Source: a virus
Lineage: Duplodnaviria > Caudoviricetes
Direction: 5' to 3' (one strand)
IMG/VR virus record: IMGVR_UViG_3300017716_001756
Location: 1-64,000 of that record
DNA length: 64,000 nt
Part shown: one piece after another, positions 39,161 to 50,033 of the stretch
Position numbering within the stretch: position 1 is the first letter of the stretch
How the letters are laid out: each line of letters starts with the position of its first letter
Program-made: the position numbers and the translations under genes
Notes under the pieces: model-generated
What the model was told of the DNA's origin: nothing
Database searches by the model: none
Seen by the model: only the letters and a program-made list of their open reading frames with translations

Positions 39161-39948
39161 TGATCGATTCCCCTCACGCCACCCAATTCACCCAGACAGG
39201 CGAACATGACTTCACCAACCGGAAACCGTTTCGCACAAAAGCTCAGAAAAAAGCTGCGAAAGCTGATGCGTGGCGTGATGATCGCGGTATTTGGCACAGC
39301 CCCGCTCCTGTGAGTTATCACTAATGCGGAAACTTTTCCTCATCCCCCTTCTGGATGAACTGCCCATGCCCCAACCCCGAACTGATTCCGAAAAGCTGGC
39401 GCTGTTGATGGAATATCTGGCGAATTCTCTAGCCAGTTTCCAGATGGACCCGGCTGATTCCCCCTTCCAACGTGGCTACGAAGCCGCAATCAAGGAAACT
39501 GAAACCTATGCCCGAGACCTTTAACCCCGGCGATGCGGTCACTTATACCGCTCACGCCGTCGTCATTGCTGTTGATGACGACGGCGTTGCTTTCCTGAAT
39601 GATGGACAGGCCATCCACGTCGATAATCTGGTGCTGTCCGATGGAGGATAGTTACGTCTTCGAGATTGATGACGAAGTCGAAGTCGATATCGAAGTCATT
39701 CTCTGGATGCACCCCGCCTACTCCGTGGATAACTATGCCAATGCAATTTCCGACACTTGAAGCTGTAGAGGTGGCTTCTCAGTTAGAACTGGCTCGATGG
39801 ATGAGACACCTACCTTCTCCGGGGCTCAGAGCAGCGGGGCAACCTGATTTTGAAGCCGTTTTTAATTCCGAGAATTTGATAATGACCCGGATTTCTGATC
39901 GATTTCAAGGCTGGACTCCTGCGCTCAGCAAAGGCGTAGGCTGGTAAA

Positions 39949-40383
39949 ATGCAACTCCAAAGAGCCCCTGCTGGCGGGCTAGATAAATTCGGTCAGCATT
40001 ACGGCGGAGGGGAATTCGTCCCCTTCTTCGTTCCCCGCATCCTCATGCCCCAAGTGGAAGGACAGTATTACGATGAATTTCGTCAATTCGCTGGTGATCT
40101 GGTTTCTGAAGCTCGCAGCGTTGATCCACACACGCTGGTCCCCCACCAAAAAATCGAAGTGTCCTACGCCATTAACCTCACACCCGAGATTGCTGGCAAA
40201 CCCATTCTCGTCTCACGAGATAGCTACATTCTTGATGGACACCACCGATGGTACTGGCACATCACGCAGCCCCAAGAAATGAACACGTTGGTAGTGGATA
40301 AGGACTTCGAAGACGCGATTGCGTTCCTTTTCGAATTTCCGAAAACCTACTGCTATCGGGACAATCCGGGGGATGAGCGGTGA
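39949..40383 (+). CDS. ParB/sulfiredoxin-like N-terminal domain protein
   Basis: LVPHQ...PILVSRDSYILDGHHRW motif. Confidence 0.75.
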   Translation: MQLQRAPAGGLDKFGQHYGGGEFVPFFVPRILMPQVEGQYYDEFRQFAGDLVSEARSVDPHTLVPHQKIEVSYAINLTPEIAGKPILVSRDSYILDGHHRWYWHITQPQEMNTLVVDKDFEDAIAFLFEFPKTYCYRDNPGDER

Positions 40384-41802
40384 GTGTCAAATTCGTAGAT
40401 GAAGCCCCGACACCGTTTCAACGGGCGTCTCATTGGGTTCATTTCAATCTCTATGAAATCGAAGAAGTTCGCCAAGGGCGCGACCGAAGTTACTCGGCGC
40501 GAGAAGACGGATGCATCATGGAGAGCACAGACTTCGAATACGAGTGCGTAGGTACTTGGAAACTCGAAGGAAACAACATCGTCATCGAAATCGAGAGCTA
40601 CTGATGCCTGACGAAACAGACGACGACTACATCACAGGCGAGTTTTACTCGCCTGATGAACTCCAACGTGGAGTAAACCTGATTATCGACGAGTTTGTCG
40701 ATAACTTTGAAGAGGACTACCCCCAATGAAATCTCTTAAGACCCTTATGATCGAGGCCAAGGTACAGAAGGCAGCAAAGCGAGCCGCATTCCCCCCCAAG
40801 AAACCTCCGATCAACAATCGGCTGATCGCAATGATGCTTCTGCCTAACGATTTCATCCAAGGATTGATCGTTGGCGCTACGCAATCGACCTACGTTCCCG
40901 TCCCGAAAGGCGATGGGCGTCCGCTGGCGATGCTTCATCGTACCCGCAAGGAAGACAAGCGCCGCCGTGATTGGCAGGGAATCGTCGCTTGAGTCCGAAA
41001 TTTGCTTCCGCTGCAACTAGCTATGCAGCGATTGTAAGTCACGCCTCAGCAAATATGGGGGAGAAGGTCATGGCCTTCTCCCAAGTCCTCGGTGCCGCCG
41101 TTTTCATGAATGGTGAAAACTGGACTGACCAAGAAAAAGCGCAATTCTTGGCAGCAATCGTAACTACCGCGCTCAACAATATGCCTGAGCTTGAACTCGA
41201 ATTCGATATAGCTAGGGCACAGATGCAGGAACTCACCTGATGGACGACAAAGCCCACGACACTCAAGATGCTCTCGTTACGAATTTCGTGACGGATGGTT
41301 TTTTGGACAGCGATGGAGTAGCTGAATTTACTACTCTTCTTGCCAAAACCCTTGGCGCTTCTGCCAAGGCGCTTGAAATGACCGGGTTTACCCCCGAGCA
41401 GCAAGCTGGTGTTCTCGTTGCTGCCCTTAACTCGGTCGGCAAGGTCATGCCCCACCTCCACGCTCCCCTGAATGCAATGATGCTGAAGGCCCTCACTCTT
41501 AACGGAACCGCCCAATGAAAATTCGTCTGACTCTCGACGCCCACGCTCTCCAATCCGGCCCTGTTCTGAAGGCGGCTCGTACCGCCTTCGGGGACGGCTT
41601 CGTGGATAAGTACAAATTCCGAAGTCAATCGATTGACGTGGATTGTACCGCCGAGCAACTGGCGCGTTTCCTCGTCCTTCGTGATGACCTTGGCGCACAG
41701 AACCTGTGGAAGGCCCTGAACGTGCGTATCATGGAAGATTGCCCGGTGCCACCCTCGGTTCTGGTTGATGTTCGTCCCATCAATGGCCGCTGCGGCTAAG
41801 AC

Positions 41803-42444
41803 TTGACCACCCGCGAGGCGCTCACTATATGGGCGTCTCGCATTTCTAAAACCCCTGCGGAGAAATCTCTAATGCTTCAACCAGTAAATCAGGACTTCAA
41901 CGATTGGTCCAACTTTATCGCTTCAGAGATTTTTCCTCTGGGCTTCGAACGCTGTCATCGTGCCCCCAACACGATGCACGAACTTCACGTTTGGTGTAAC
42001 ATCAAGGGTCGAATGGCTATTTGGACGGGGGACTACACCCACTCCTGTTTCGCTGATTCCGAAACTTGGCTCCAATTCCGTGCTTGGCACGATTGGATTC
42101 ACCAACGCTACGACTGCCCCTTCACTCTCGAAGGCGAACATAAGGCTTGTATCATACAGGCCGGTCAACTCATGCGCCTCTATGGACGGGGCGAAGACGT
42201 GCGCGACGTTATCGCGTTGATGTTTAGCGAAATCCTCTCCAAGTTGGAGTACATCGTGGAACATGGCTCCCCTGTCTCGGATGGTCATGCCTTCACGAAG
42301 GAAGTCTGGAAAGATTGGATTCCGTATGCCCAAAACATCATCGAAACCCAAGGTCACACCGACGTTGATGCCATAGCGTTTGCCAAAAGCGCCTACGACT
42401 TCCGTGACCAATTCGGCCCGAAGGTGCCTGTTCCCAATGTCTGA
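41803..42444 (+). CDS. Hypothetical protein with an FRAWHDWIH motif (possible metalloprotein)
   Basis: 213-aa ORF; HDxxH followed by E resembles a zincin-like site. Confidence 0.5.
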   Translation: MTTREALTIWASRISKTPAEKSLMLQPVNQDFNDWSNFIASEIFPLGFERCHRAPNTMHELHVWCNIKGRMAIWTGDYTHSCFADSETWLQFRAWHDWIHQRYDCPFTLEGEHKACIIQAGQLMRLYGRGEDVRDVIALMFSEILSKLEYIVEHGSPVSDGHAFTKEVWKDWIPYAQNIIETQGHTDVDAIAFAKSAYDFRDQFGPKVPVPNV

Positions 42445-42648
42445 TTGCCCCGAATCTGTCCGTCAGATTGTGCTGAGCCACGGCATTCAGCAGACCCTTC
42501 GGCATATCCTGACTCATGTAGTTGAACAGAAAAAACGCGCACAAGCGGCCTGTTGTTCTTATGAAGCCGATGAAATGGATTACCACCAACTTCGCGAGAC
42601 CACTCGATGCCACGAAGTTTTGAGCCGAACTTGTGAAGACCTGAACAA

Positions 42649-43161
42649 GTGAGGAAATCGACGCCTGTACTCGAAAGAATCCAGAATCACCTTCTTGTCA
42701 CCATCATCGGAGACTTGTCTAACGACGTGAGGGACGACCACTGGACTTGGCACGGTAAACTGTCGCCACTAGCAAGGCGGAAAGTATTGATGGGTCTTAA
42801 ACAGCCAATCTTTCGAGACAGGATACAGGTTCCGCCGAGAATTCGTGACGAAGACGGGAAAATCAAATCCGTTTCTCGCATTCTCTTCAGAATCTTCAGG
42901 GGTATTGACTACGGCCATTCCCCTAGCCGAATTGAAGGCTGTGACTACACTTGCGTAAACCCTTTCCACATGAAACCCTCCAACAGCATCATTCCCGATG
43001 CAGAAGTAGCTGAACCCGATGAAGATGCCGACATTGAAGGACTTACTGATGAAATCCGTGACTTCATCGCCTCTCATGGTCGCAGCGAACAAGCCATTCG
43101 TGATCGTTTTGGCCTCGACTACACCGACACCGAAATAAATTTAGCTCTCAGAAAGATATGA
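42649..43161 (+). CDS. Degenerate HNH-like (His-Cys box type) protein
   Basis: HWTWHGK...SRILFRIFRG...CDYTCVNPFHM resembles the CWxWxG...CxNxxCVNPxHL pattern. Confidence 0.45.
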   Translation: MRKSTPVLERIQNHLLVTIIGDLSNDVRDDHWTWHGKLSPLARRKVLMGLKQPIFRDRIQVPPRIRDEDGKIKSVSRILFRIFRGIDYGHSPSRIEGCDYTCVNPFHMKPSNSIIPDAEVAEPDEDADIEGLTDEIRDFIASHGRSEQAIRDRFGLDYTDTEINLALRKI

Positions 43162-43460
43162 AAATGAATTCGACTCAAATTCTCGACGCCACCCAACAAG
43201 GTCATCTTGCAGGAAAGGCTCTCTTCGCCGCCGAGGGCGGTGATATCCATAAGATTTCCGGCGTTGTCGGTTTCCTGCTGGCTTCGCTCTACGACCGCTT
43301 CCTTGAAACCCAAGGTCAAGCCGCCGCTGATCACTTCATGGTCCATGTTGACCAAGTAATTGACGTAATTGTACAGGATGACACCCAACTTGTGCCTTTT
43401 TACGGTCAACCTTTGGACCTGAATTTCAAAGTACAAGGTTCTCCGACATAGGAGAACCAA

Positions 43461-43892
43461 ATGAGGAAAATCCTCTTAACACTGATCGCCGCTGTTGCCC
43501 TAGTCTCTTCGACTACGGGCTTCAGCGCAGATTCAGAGGTAAATTGTCTTGCCCAAAACATCTATCATGAGGCTCGTGGAGCATCAGCGTTGGATCAAAG
43601 AGCGGTTGGCCACGTTACACTCAACCGAAAAGAGTCGGGAAGATTCCCTAACACGATTTGTGCAGTCGTGCGCCAGCCGAGCCAATTCAGTTGGGTGCGC
43701 CGAAACCCCGGCATCACAGACACGATTTCCTACAATAGGTCTATAAGGACCGCAGAGGCGGTCCTGAGCGGCAACTCGTCTGATCCGACTCATGGTGCCA
43801 CTTACTTCTGGAATCGCTCTGTGAACCCCCCGTGGAGCCACAGGATGACCGTTACCCTCAGAACCCAAGGACATACCTATGCGAGACACTAA
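43461..43892 (+). CDS. SleB-like cell wall hydrolase with signal peptide
   Basis: CLAQNIYHEARG, VTLNR, FPNTICAVVRQPSQFSW, DPTHGATYF; N-terminal MRKILLTLIAAVALVSS. Confidence 0.9.
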   Translation: MRKILLTLIAAVALVSSTTGFSADSEVNCLAQNIYHEARGASALDQRAVGHVTLNRKESGRFPNTICAVVRQPSQFSWVRRNPGITDTISYNRSIRTAEAVLSGNSSDPTHGATYFWNRSVNPPWSHRMTVTLRTQGHTYARH

Positions 43893-44089
43893 GGTCATCA
43901 CCGCGATTTACGATGCATTGAACAAAGCGGCCCTTACTTACTCAGCAATGAGTTGGTCGGGCTTCAATCTTGTCGGAGACAAGAAGAGCATCGATAAGCT
44001 GACGAGTCTTGTCCACCACGAAAACTCCATCGAAACTTTCTGGCGTCCTGAAGTAATCAAACTTCGCGCCGAAATAGAGGCGCTGAAGA

Positions 44090-44719
44090 ATGCAAATCGG
44101 GTCTTTGGTCCCTAACATAACTTGTTTCCAACGCGATGCACTCGCTATCGCCGGGGCGATGCGTGAAGAGCCTGAAATTCTCCACCGAACTATTGTCATG
44201 GTTCTGCTATCGATTCGCCAACCTTGGTACAAGGTGCCGGAGCAATTCGCAGACGTGATGAAGCGTGGGGCCGACTCCAAATACCTGTTTGGCTTCAAGC
44301 GCGACGGCTATGAGAAATCGCGTCAGTACGAAAAAATCATCCACAAAATGATTTTCGAGAATCCTGACGATCTTGACTTCGTAATCCTGACCTTGATGAA
44401 AATCCCCGGCCTTGGTCTTGCAAAAGCCTCCTTCGTTGCCCAAATGGCTGTAGGCGATGGGGCCTGTCTCGACAGTCACAACCTTCGCCGTATAGGATTA
44501 ACTGCCGACTTCACGCGATTGAACAAGAACGCCAATGGGGCAATCATCAAGAGCAAAATCGAGACCTACAATGAAGCATGGAAAACCTATGGAGACTCCG
44601 AATTTTGGTGGAATTCATGGTGTGAGGCCCTCGCCCAACGATCCCCGACGAAGTTTGAGTCGGCATCCGCAGTATCAACAATTCATCGTCTTCCCCTATA
44701 TGATTGGTACGTTAAATGA
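44090..44719 (+). CDS. HhH-GPD DNA glycosylase-like protein (OGG/AGOG-like)
   Basis: HhH LMKIPGLGLAKASF followed by ACLDSH (catalytic Lys/Asp pattern). Confidence 0.65.
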   Translation: MQIGSLVPNITCFQRDALAIAGAMREEPEILHRTIVMVLLSIRQPWYKVPEQFADVMKRGADSKYLFGFKRDGYEKSRQYEKIIHKMIFENPDDLDFVILTLMKIPGLGLAKASFVAQMAVGDGACLDSHNLRRIGLTADFTRLNKNANGAIIKSKIETYNEAWKTYGDSEFWWNSWCEALAQRSPTKFESASAVSTIHRLPLYDWYVK

Positions 44720-46214
44720 CCGGGTTTGAAATTACTTTGGCTGTAATGGCATACATCATCGTTGGGATGATTGTTGCCGAAACCGCCCGAGTCTGGGCGG
44801 GTATGTGGTGGTTGAGCGTTAGTTTCTCGACCATTCTTCTTTGGCCGCTAATCGCTATTTCTGCAATCTTTGGAAAGCACCATGATTGAATTTCACGCTA
44901 TGCACCCCCGCGCCGCCGATCTGGTTGGCTTTCTTCCCATGATGCTGGACGACAGCGACTCTCGCCTTGCCGCCGAACAATTCAACGAAAGCTACGCCCA
45001 TGGTGGTGGATGGAACCCCTTCAAGGGATTCGTTTTCCGCCCTGATGACCAGAGCATCAAGTACCCCGGAGACCCCGCATATAAGCCGGTGGCCATGGCG
45101 CTTCTGGGCGACGAAACGATCTACGTTTATGAACACGCTTGGGTCGCAATCGTGCAACCTGACGGTTCCTACGAAATTTCGAGGATGGATTAGGTGAAAA
45201 TCAATCCTAGACGTGTACACAATAATATCGATGGGTATCTTGAAAGTGATAATGATTACCTCGAAAATAATCTTGAAGCAGCCGTGAGGCTTCTGGATCA
45301 AGAGCTTGCGAGGCAGTCGGCCCGCCCACCAAAATCTGGTCCTTGGATCGTTGTGGTGAGACGTAATCGTAGAACAAATTATGTGACTGCGGCATCTACC
45401 GATGTTAAAGGCAACATAATTGCTGAAAGCGTACAATTGGTGAATGTCCGTGGGGGTGCCCATGGTTTCAGTTTCAATATAGCCAGCCAGTTGGTGAATT
45501 ACTTCGGTGGCGATATTGCTGAAGCGGAGAATATTGTAGGATGAAACTCACAGACTTGAACGTGGCTATTCGAGACCTGAAGGGTAATCCTCAAATTACC
45601 CTTCGTCTCAGCCCCGACGACACTGTTGGACTTCCTCTGACAGTTGAGAAATCCAAACTACTGGCGGCGCTCAAGGAACGGTTCGTTGAGCGTAGTGCTG
45701 AAACCAACCTTCGTCTGCGCGACGATGGTTTTCTGAGTACGGAGACGAATGATGGCGACCTCTAACTGCATGATTCTGCTGGCACGGCACGAAGAAGCTT
45801 CCAACGATTACATGAACGCAGTCACTGCTATGGATCGTCAGGATGCCCTTGAAGAACTGAATGATCTTGAAGACCAACTTTGGAAGGCTGGTTGTAGGTG
45901 AAAACCATAGTGACTGATCCGTTTCCCCTTTTAGAACGACAACGAGTAGAGCAAGTCGTAAAAAGTTTTTACGACTATAAAATGCCACTTTCGACTTTGA
46001 TCGATAGTCTGACTGAAGCTAACACTAAAGCCACAACAGACGATGTTGTTGATCTTTATTATGAAATGGGTAGTCAAAGTAGCTTCCTCATTGGCAAGCG
46101 ATGGGAAACTGACACCGAGCTTCGTGAACGGAGCCGACAAGATTATCTAGCAAATCGAAGACAACGAGAAACTCGACGCGCCCAATATGAAGCACTGAAG
46201 AAGGAATTTGAAAC

Positions 46215-47279
46215 ATGAGTAAAGGCGCAGAAGTTTATGCCGTCGCTATTGAAGAGCATCCAAACGCAGACCGGCTTGAGCTTGCCATTATCGGAGGCTA
46301 TCGCAGCCTCGTTAGCAAGGGCCAATTCCAGACAGGCGACTTGGTGGCCTATATCCCCACAGGGTATATTGTACCACAACCCCTCCTTGCCGAAATGGGA
46401 CTCGAAGGGAAGCTTAACGGGTCGGCTCGTAACAGGGTCAAGGCTCAGAAATTCAGGGGAATTCTGAGCGAAGGTCTTTGCTATCCTGCACGTCCTGAAT
46501 GGACTGAAGGCGAAGACGTAACCGAAGCCCTTGGGCTGGTTAAATTCCAAGCTCCGATTCCTCGCCAGCTTGAAGGCTTCATGTACCAACTTGAGGATCA
46601 TGAACGTCTGGGCTTCGACATTGAGAACCTGAAGCGTGAACCCGATCTTCTCCAACTCGGTGAGGAAGTCATCATCACCGAAAAAATCCACGGCACCTTC
46701 ATGCTGGTCGTTGGTCTGCCTGAACGTCTGCGTCGTGACGACACCTTCCACTTTGAAGGCCGAGCGATTGTGACTTCCAAGGGTCTCGGCGGCAAGAGCA
46801 TCGGTCTGAAACAGACCGAAGAGAACGACGGTAACCTCTACATTCGTGTCGCCAAACAATATGGTCTTCGTGAAATTGCTATGCAAATGGCTGATGCTTA
46901 CGACCAGCCAGTCTATCTCCTTGGCGAAGTTTATGGACAAGGTGTCCAAGACCTTCATTACGGCGCAGAGCTTCCCAAGTACGCCAATTTCGATATTAAG
47001 ATTGGCCAAGACTGGTTGCCCTCAATCGATTGGGGGATGAACGCTCAGACATTTCAATACCCTACGGTCCCTGTTCTTTACAAAGGCCCCTTTGATCCTG
47101 CAATTGTCGCTCAACTGACCGAAGGCATGACGACACTGGCCGATGTTCCACCCCATATCCGAGAGGGTGTGGTGGTGAAAGGTACTACTAACCGAGCCGA
47201 CCGCCATGGTAGTCGGATCATTCTGAAATCAGTGAGTGAGGCATACCTCACTCGTAAAGACGGAACGGAATTTAACTGA
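46215..47279 (+). CDS. ATP-dependent RNA ligase (DRB0094/Rnl family)
   Basis: OB-like HPNADRLE N-terminus; TEKIHGT (motif I), GEVYG, FDI, REGVVV, ILKSVS. Confidence 0.9.
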   Translation: MSKGAEVYAVAIEEHPNADRLELAIIGGYRSLVSKGQFQTGDLVAYIPTGYIVPQPLLAEMGLEGKLNGSARNRVKAQKFRGILSEGLCYPARPEWTEGEDVTEALGLVKFQAPIPRQLEGFMYQLEDHERLGFDIENLKREPDLLQLGEEVIITEKIHGTFMLVVGLPERLRRDDTFHFEGRAIVTSKGLGGKSIGLKQTEENDGNLYIRVAKQYGLREIAMQMADAYDQPVYLLGEVYGQGVQDLHYGAELPKYANFDIKIGQDWLPSIDWGMNAQTFQYPTVPVLYKGPFDPAIVAQLTEGMTTLADVPPHIREGVVVKGTTNRADRHGSRIILKSVSEAYLTRKDGTEFN

Positions 47280-49410
47280 TGTTTACGAAGTATTATCTGG
47301 TCGCTGATGGTGGCGACGGCTCATCCAGTATTCAGTGGTTTGATGAGAAGCCTGATCTTGAGGCTCTTCAAGACGAAGACCCCGAGACCTATAATCAAAA
47401 CGATTATGTAGGTGAAATTTCTTCAGCCTCTGAAATTAAGGTGCGTTAAATGAGATACTCTCTCTCAAGAACCCGAGACGGTGCTGGTGATTCCGGCCCA
47501 ATGTCTCTCGCCATTGATTATGTTGACGGCAAGTATGTGGAAGACGGCAATCGTCCCAAGATTGGCTACGCCATGAGGGTGGGTTCTTATCGCGCGGGTA
47601 CCTACAGCACTCAAGATTACTGGACAACGACCCGAGTGACCGAGATTCTGGAAGAGCGTGACGATTACGTTCGCTTCAAGACTGGTAACTCTGAGTACGA
47701 GTGGGGAACTTTTTAGTGGCCGAACTGAAGAAAATTAAGGTAAATCTTGACTCCCTCTATATGGATGGAACCAAGGTCGATGCCTTTATCTCTGAACTTC
47801 AAAAAGCCAAGACGAAGTACGCCAAGAAGGGTTACGCCGACTTTACGCTCGAAAGAGAAGATGAGGGGTATGGCGAACCCTACCACGTCTGGTACCTTGC
47901 TGGTGAGCGGATCGAAACAGTTGCAGAAGCTACTGCTCGTGAAGCCAAGGAAAAAGAAGCTGCGGATAGGCAACTGTTTTACCAGCGTCAGCAATTCGAG
48001 GCATTGAAGAAGAAGTTTGGTAATGACCAAGATTGATCAACTCGTAGCAGACCTTCGCCATATAGGGGGGTGCCGCGATGGAAACTGTAAGGTTATCCGC
48101 CCTGTAGGAATGCACACGAACGGGGGTTGCAAATGCCTTCGGCATGACCCAATTAAGGCTGAACGAGTCGTTGCCGCGTACCAGCGTTACGTCGGCTACG
48201 AAAAATTAGACGAAGCGAGGAAGAAATGAAACTCAAGAAAATCAAGAAGCGCCTTAGGGCGCTTGAAGAACACTCTCACGAGCCGCAAGAAATTGCCCCC
48301 CGCATTCATACAGAACTGGAACGGATGCGAATTCTTGCGGAACTTTTTCAAGACGTACCCACCGTCTATCTCAAAGAAGTTGCCTATAAAGGACTGGAAA
48401 ATATCAAATGAAACTCTATCAAATTCTCATCCCCAATCTCGACAACAAGGGGCTGACGTTCCCTTCTGATATCCGACGCGACTTTCTTCTGAAGGTGAGC
48501 GGAATCGTTGGCGGTGCCACTATGTTGAACGCCACCCAACAGGTCTATGGCGTTTGGCGGGGCCACGATGGTTCTCTGTTCACAGATTCCTCAGCACCGA
48601 TGCTGGTCGCTGTTGAAACCAAACATCAACTGCAACAAATCATGAGTCTCGCACGAACCACGTTTGAGCAAGATTCGATCATGGCTTGGTTGGTGAGTGA
48701 GGAAGTCATCTTCAATGAAGACTCCGGTAACTGACTTCTTTCGAAGTCTACTTTCAATTCCTCTGGCGCTTCTTGGGGGGATCGAACCGCGTTGCAAAAG
48801 CACAGGCAAATCCACGTTTATCGTGGGCTGCTCAATCCTGACGCCTATGGGAAGCGGAGTGGTAACGTACTTCAGTAACCACTTCGTAACCATAAGCATT
48901 GAGGGCGTAAGATATACCTTGCATCCTGACTGCGTAACACTATATCTGGGGGGAGACGCAGGAGAATCCCCTCATGACAAATTTGTTTCGAATTGCATCC
49001 CAAGCTGCATCAGAACTTGAAAATACTATCCCCGATATGGTCGATGCTATCGAAACAGAAAAGGAGCGTAAACAAATACGAGCGATTCTAAATCGCCTAG
49101 CGGTTCTGGTGAATGAATCACGGAATCAAATGTAACTTTAAGGATTACCATGCGCTATCTCATCATCGACTCCGAAATCTATCCGCCGAACGCCGATGGA
49201 GTAGGAGACCGGTACCGTATCATCTACGATACTCAACGGGCTCACTTCCATACTGTTCAGAAACATACCCCCGACCCCCGGCCCAACGATGCAGATCGAA
49301 AGATTTGGAAGAACGCCCCTCTGGTGGCTGACGCCGAATTTTACGATTACTACCCCGGTCACGCCAAGAATATTCGAGGCACAGACAAACTCCCCAACTG
49401 GAAATAAACC

Positions 49411-49953
49411 ATGAACCGGCTACGTCCCCCTGAGGAAACTGACTCTCCTGCTAAGAAGATCATTTCCGAGCGGGACGAACAAATTGTGTCTGCTTATGAT
49501 GCTCAAGGAAACTCGCCGGATATCCCGGCGCTTGCTTACCGATTCAAAATAAGTGCACAAACAATCAGGAACACTCTGGAAAGAAATGGTATCAAGCCCA
49601 TTTCAAACAGTAAGCGGGGTCGTAAATCTATCTCAGGTATGCGGCCCAATACTCCTGTTCACGCACACATCGCACAGGTTCTTCGTAAAATTTACGCTGA
49701 CTATGAACTCCAAACAGGCTATCCACCATCACACACGCTGGTAGCTGAAGAGATTGGTTTGAATAGAGCAGCGTTCCTTGAGCTTTCAGCCGGTCGTAGA
49801 GACGCCCGACTCAGTGAGTTGATTGTGATCGCAAAAGCTGCGAAGATTTCTCTCGCAGAACTAGTAACCCCTAAATGGATAACAAAGAAAAATGCCACTG
49901 GAACAATCGATCACAAACTTCTGGATTCTAGCAAAGCACTGGCGTCGAACTAG
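49411..49953 (+). CDS. Two-HTH transcriptional regulator (C-terminal XRE/Cro)
   Basis: LAYRFKISAQTIRNTL helix-turn-helix plus VAEEIGLNRAAFLELSAGRRDARLSELIVIAKA. Confidence 0.75.
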   Translation: MNRLRPPEETDSPAKKIISERDEQIVSAYDAQGNSPDIPALAYRFKISAQTIRNTLERNGIKPISNSKRGRKSISGMRPNTPVHAHIAQVLRKIYADYELQTGYPPSHTLVAEEIGLNRAAFLELSAGRRDARLSELIVIAKAAKISLAELVTPKWITKKNATGTIDHKLLDSSKALASN

Positions 49954-50033
49954 AGACCCCCTGACCTATCAAACGCTCATGAGTTTGAAGCGTGAAGATA
50001 TCCCACCTTCTATCATGAAAAGAATTGTAGAGA

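Noticed and set aside
39646-39651. GGA TAG at the end of a 47-aa KOW-like gene
   Set aside because: Ordinary stop overlapping the next gene's ATG; no hairpin or matched landing codon.
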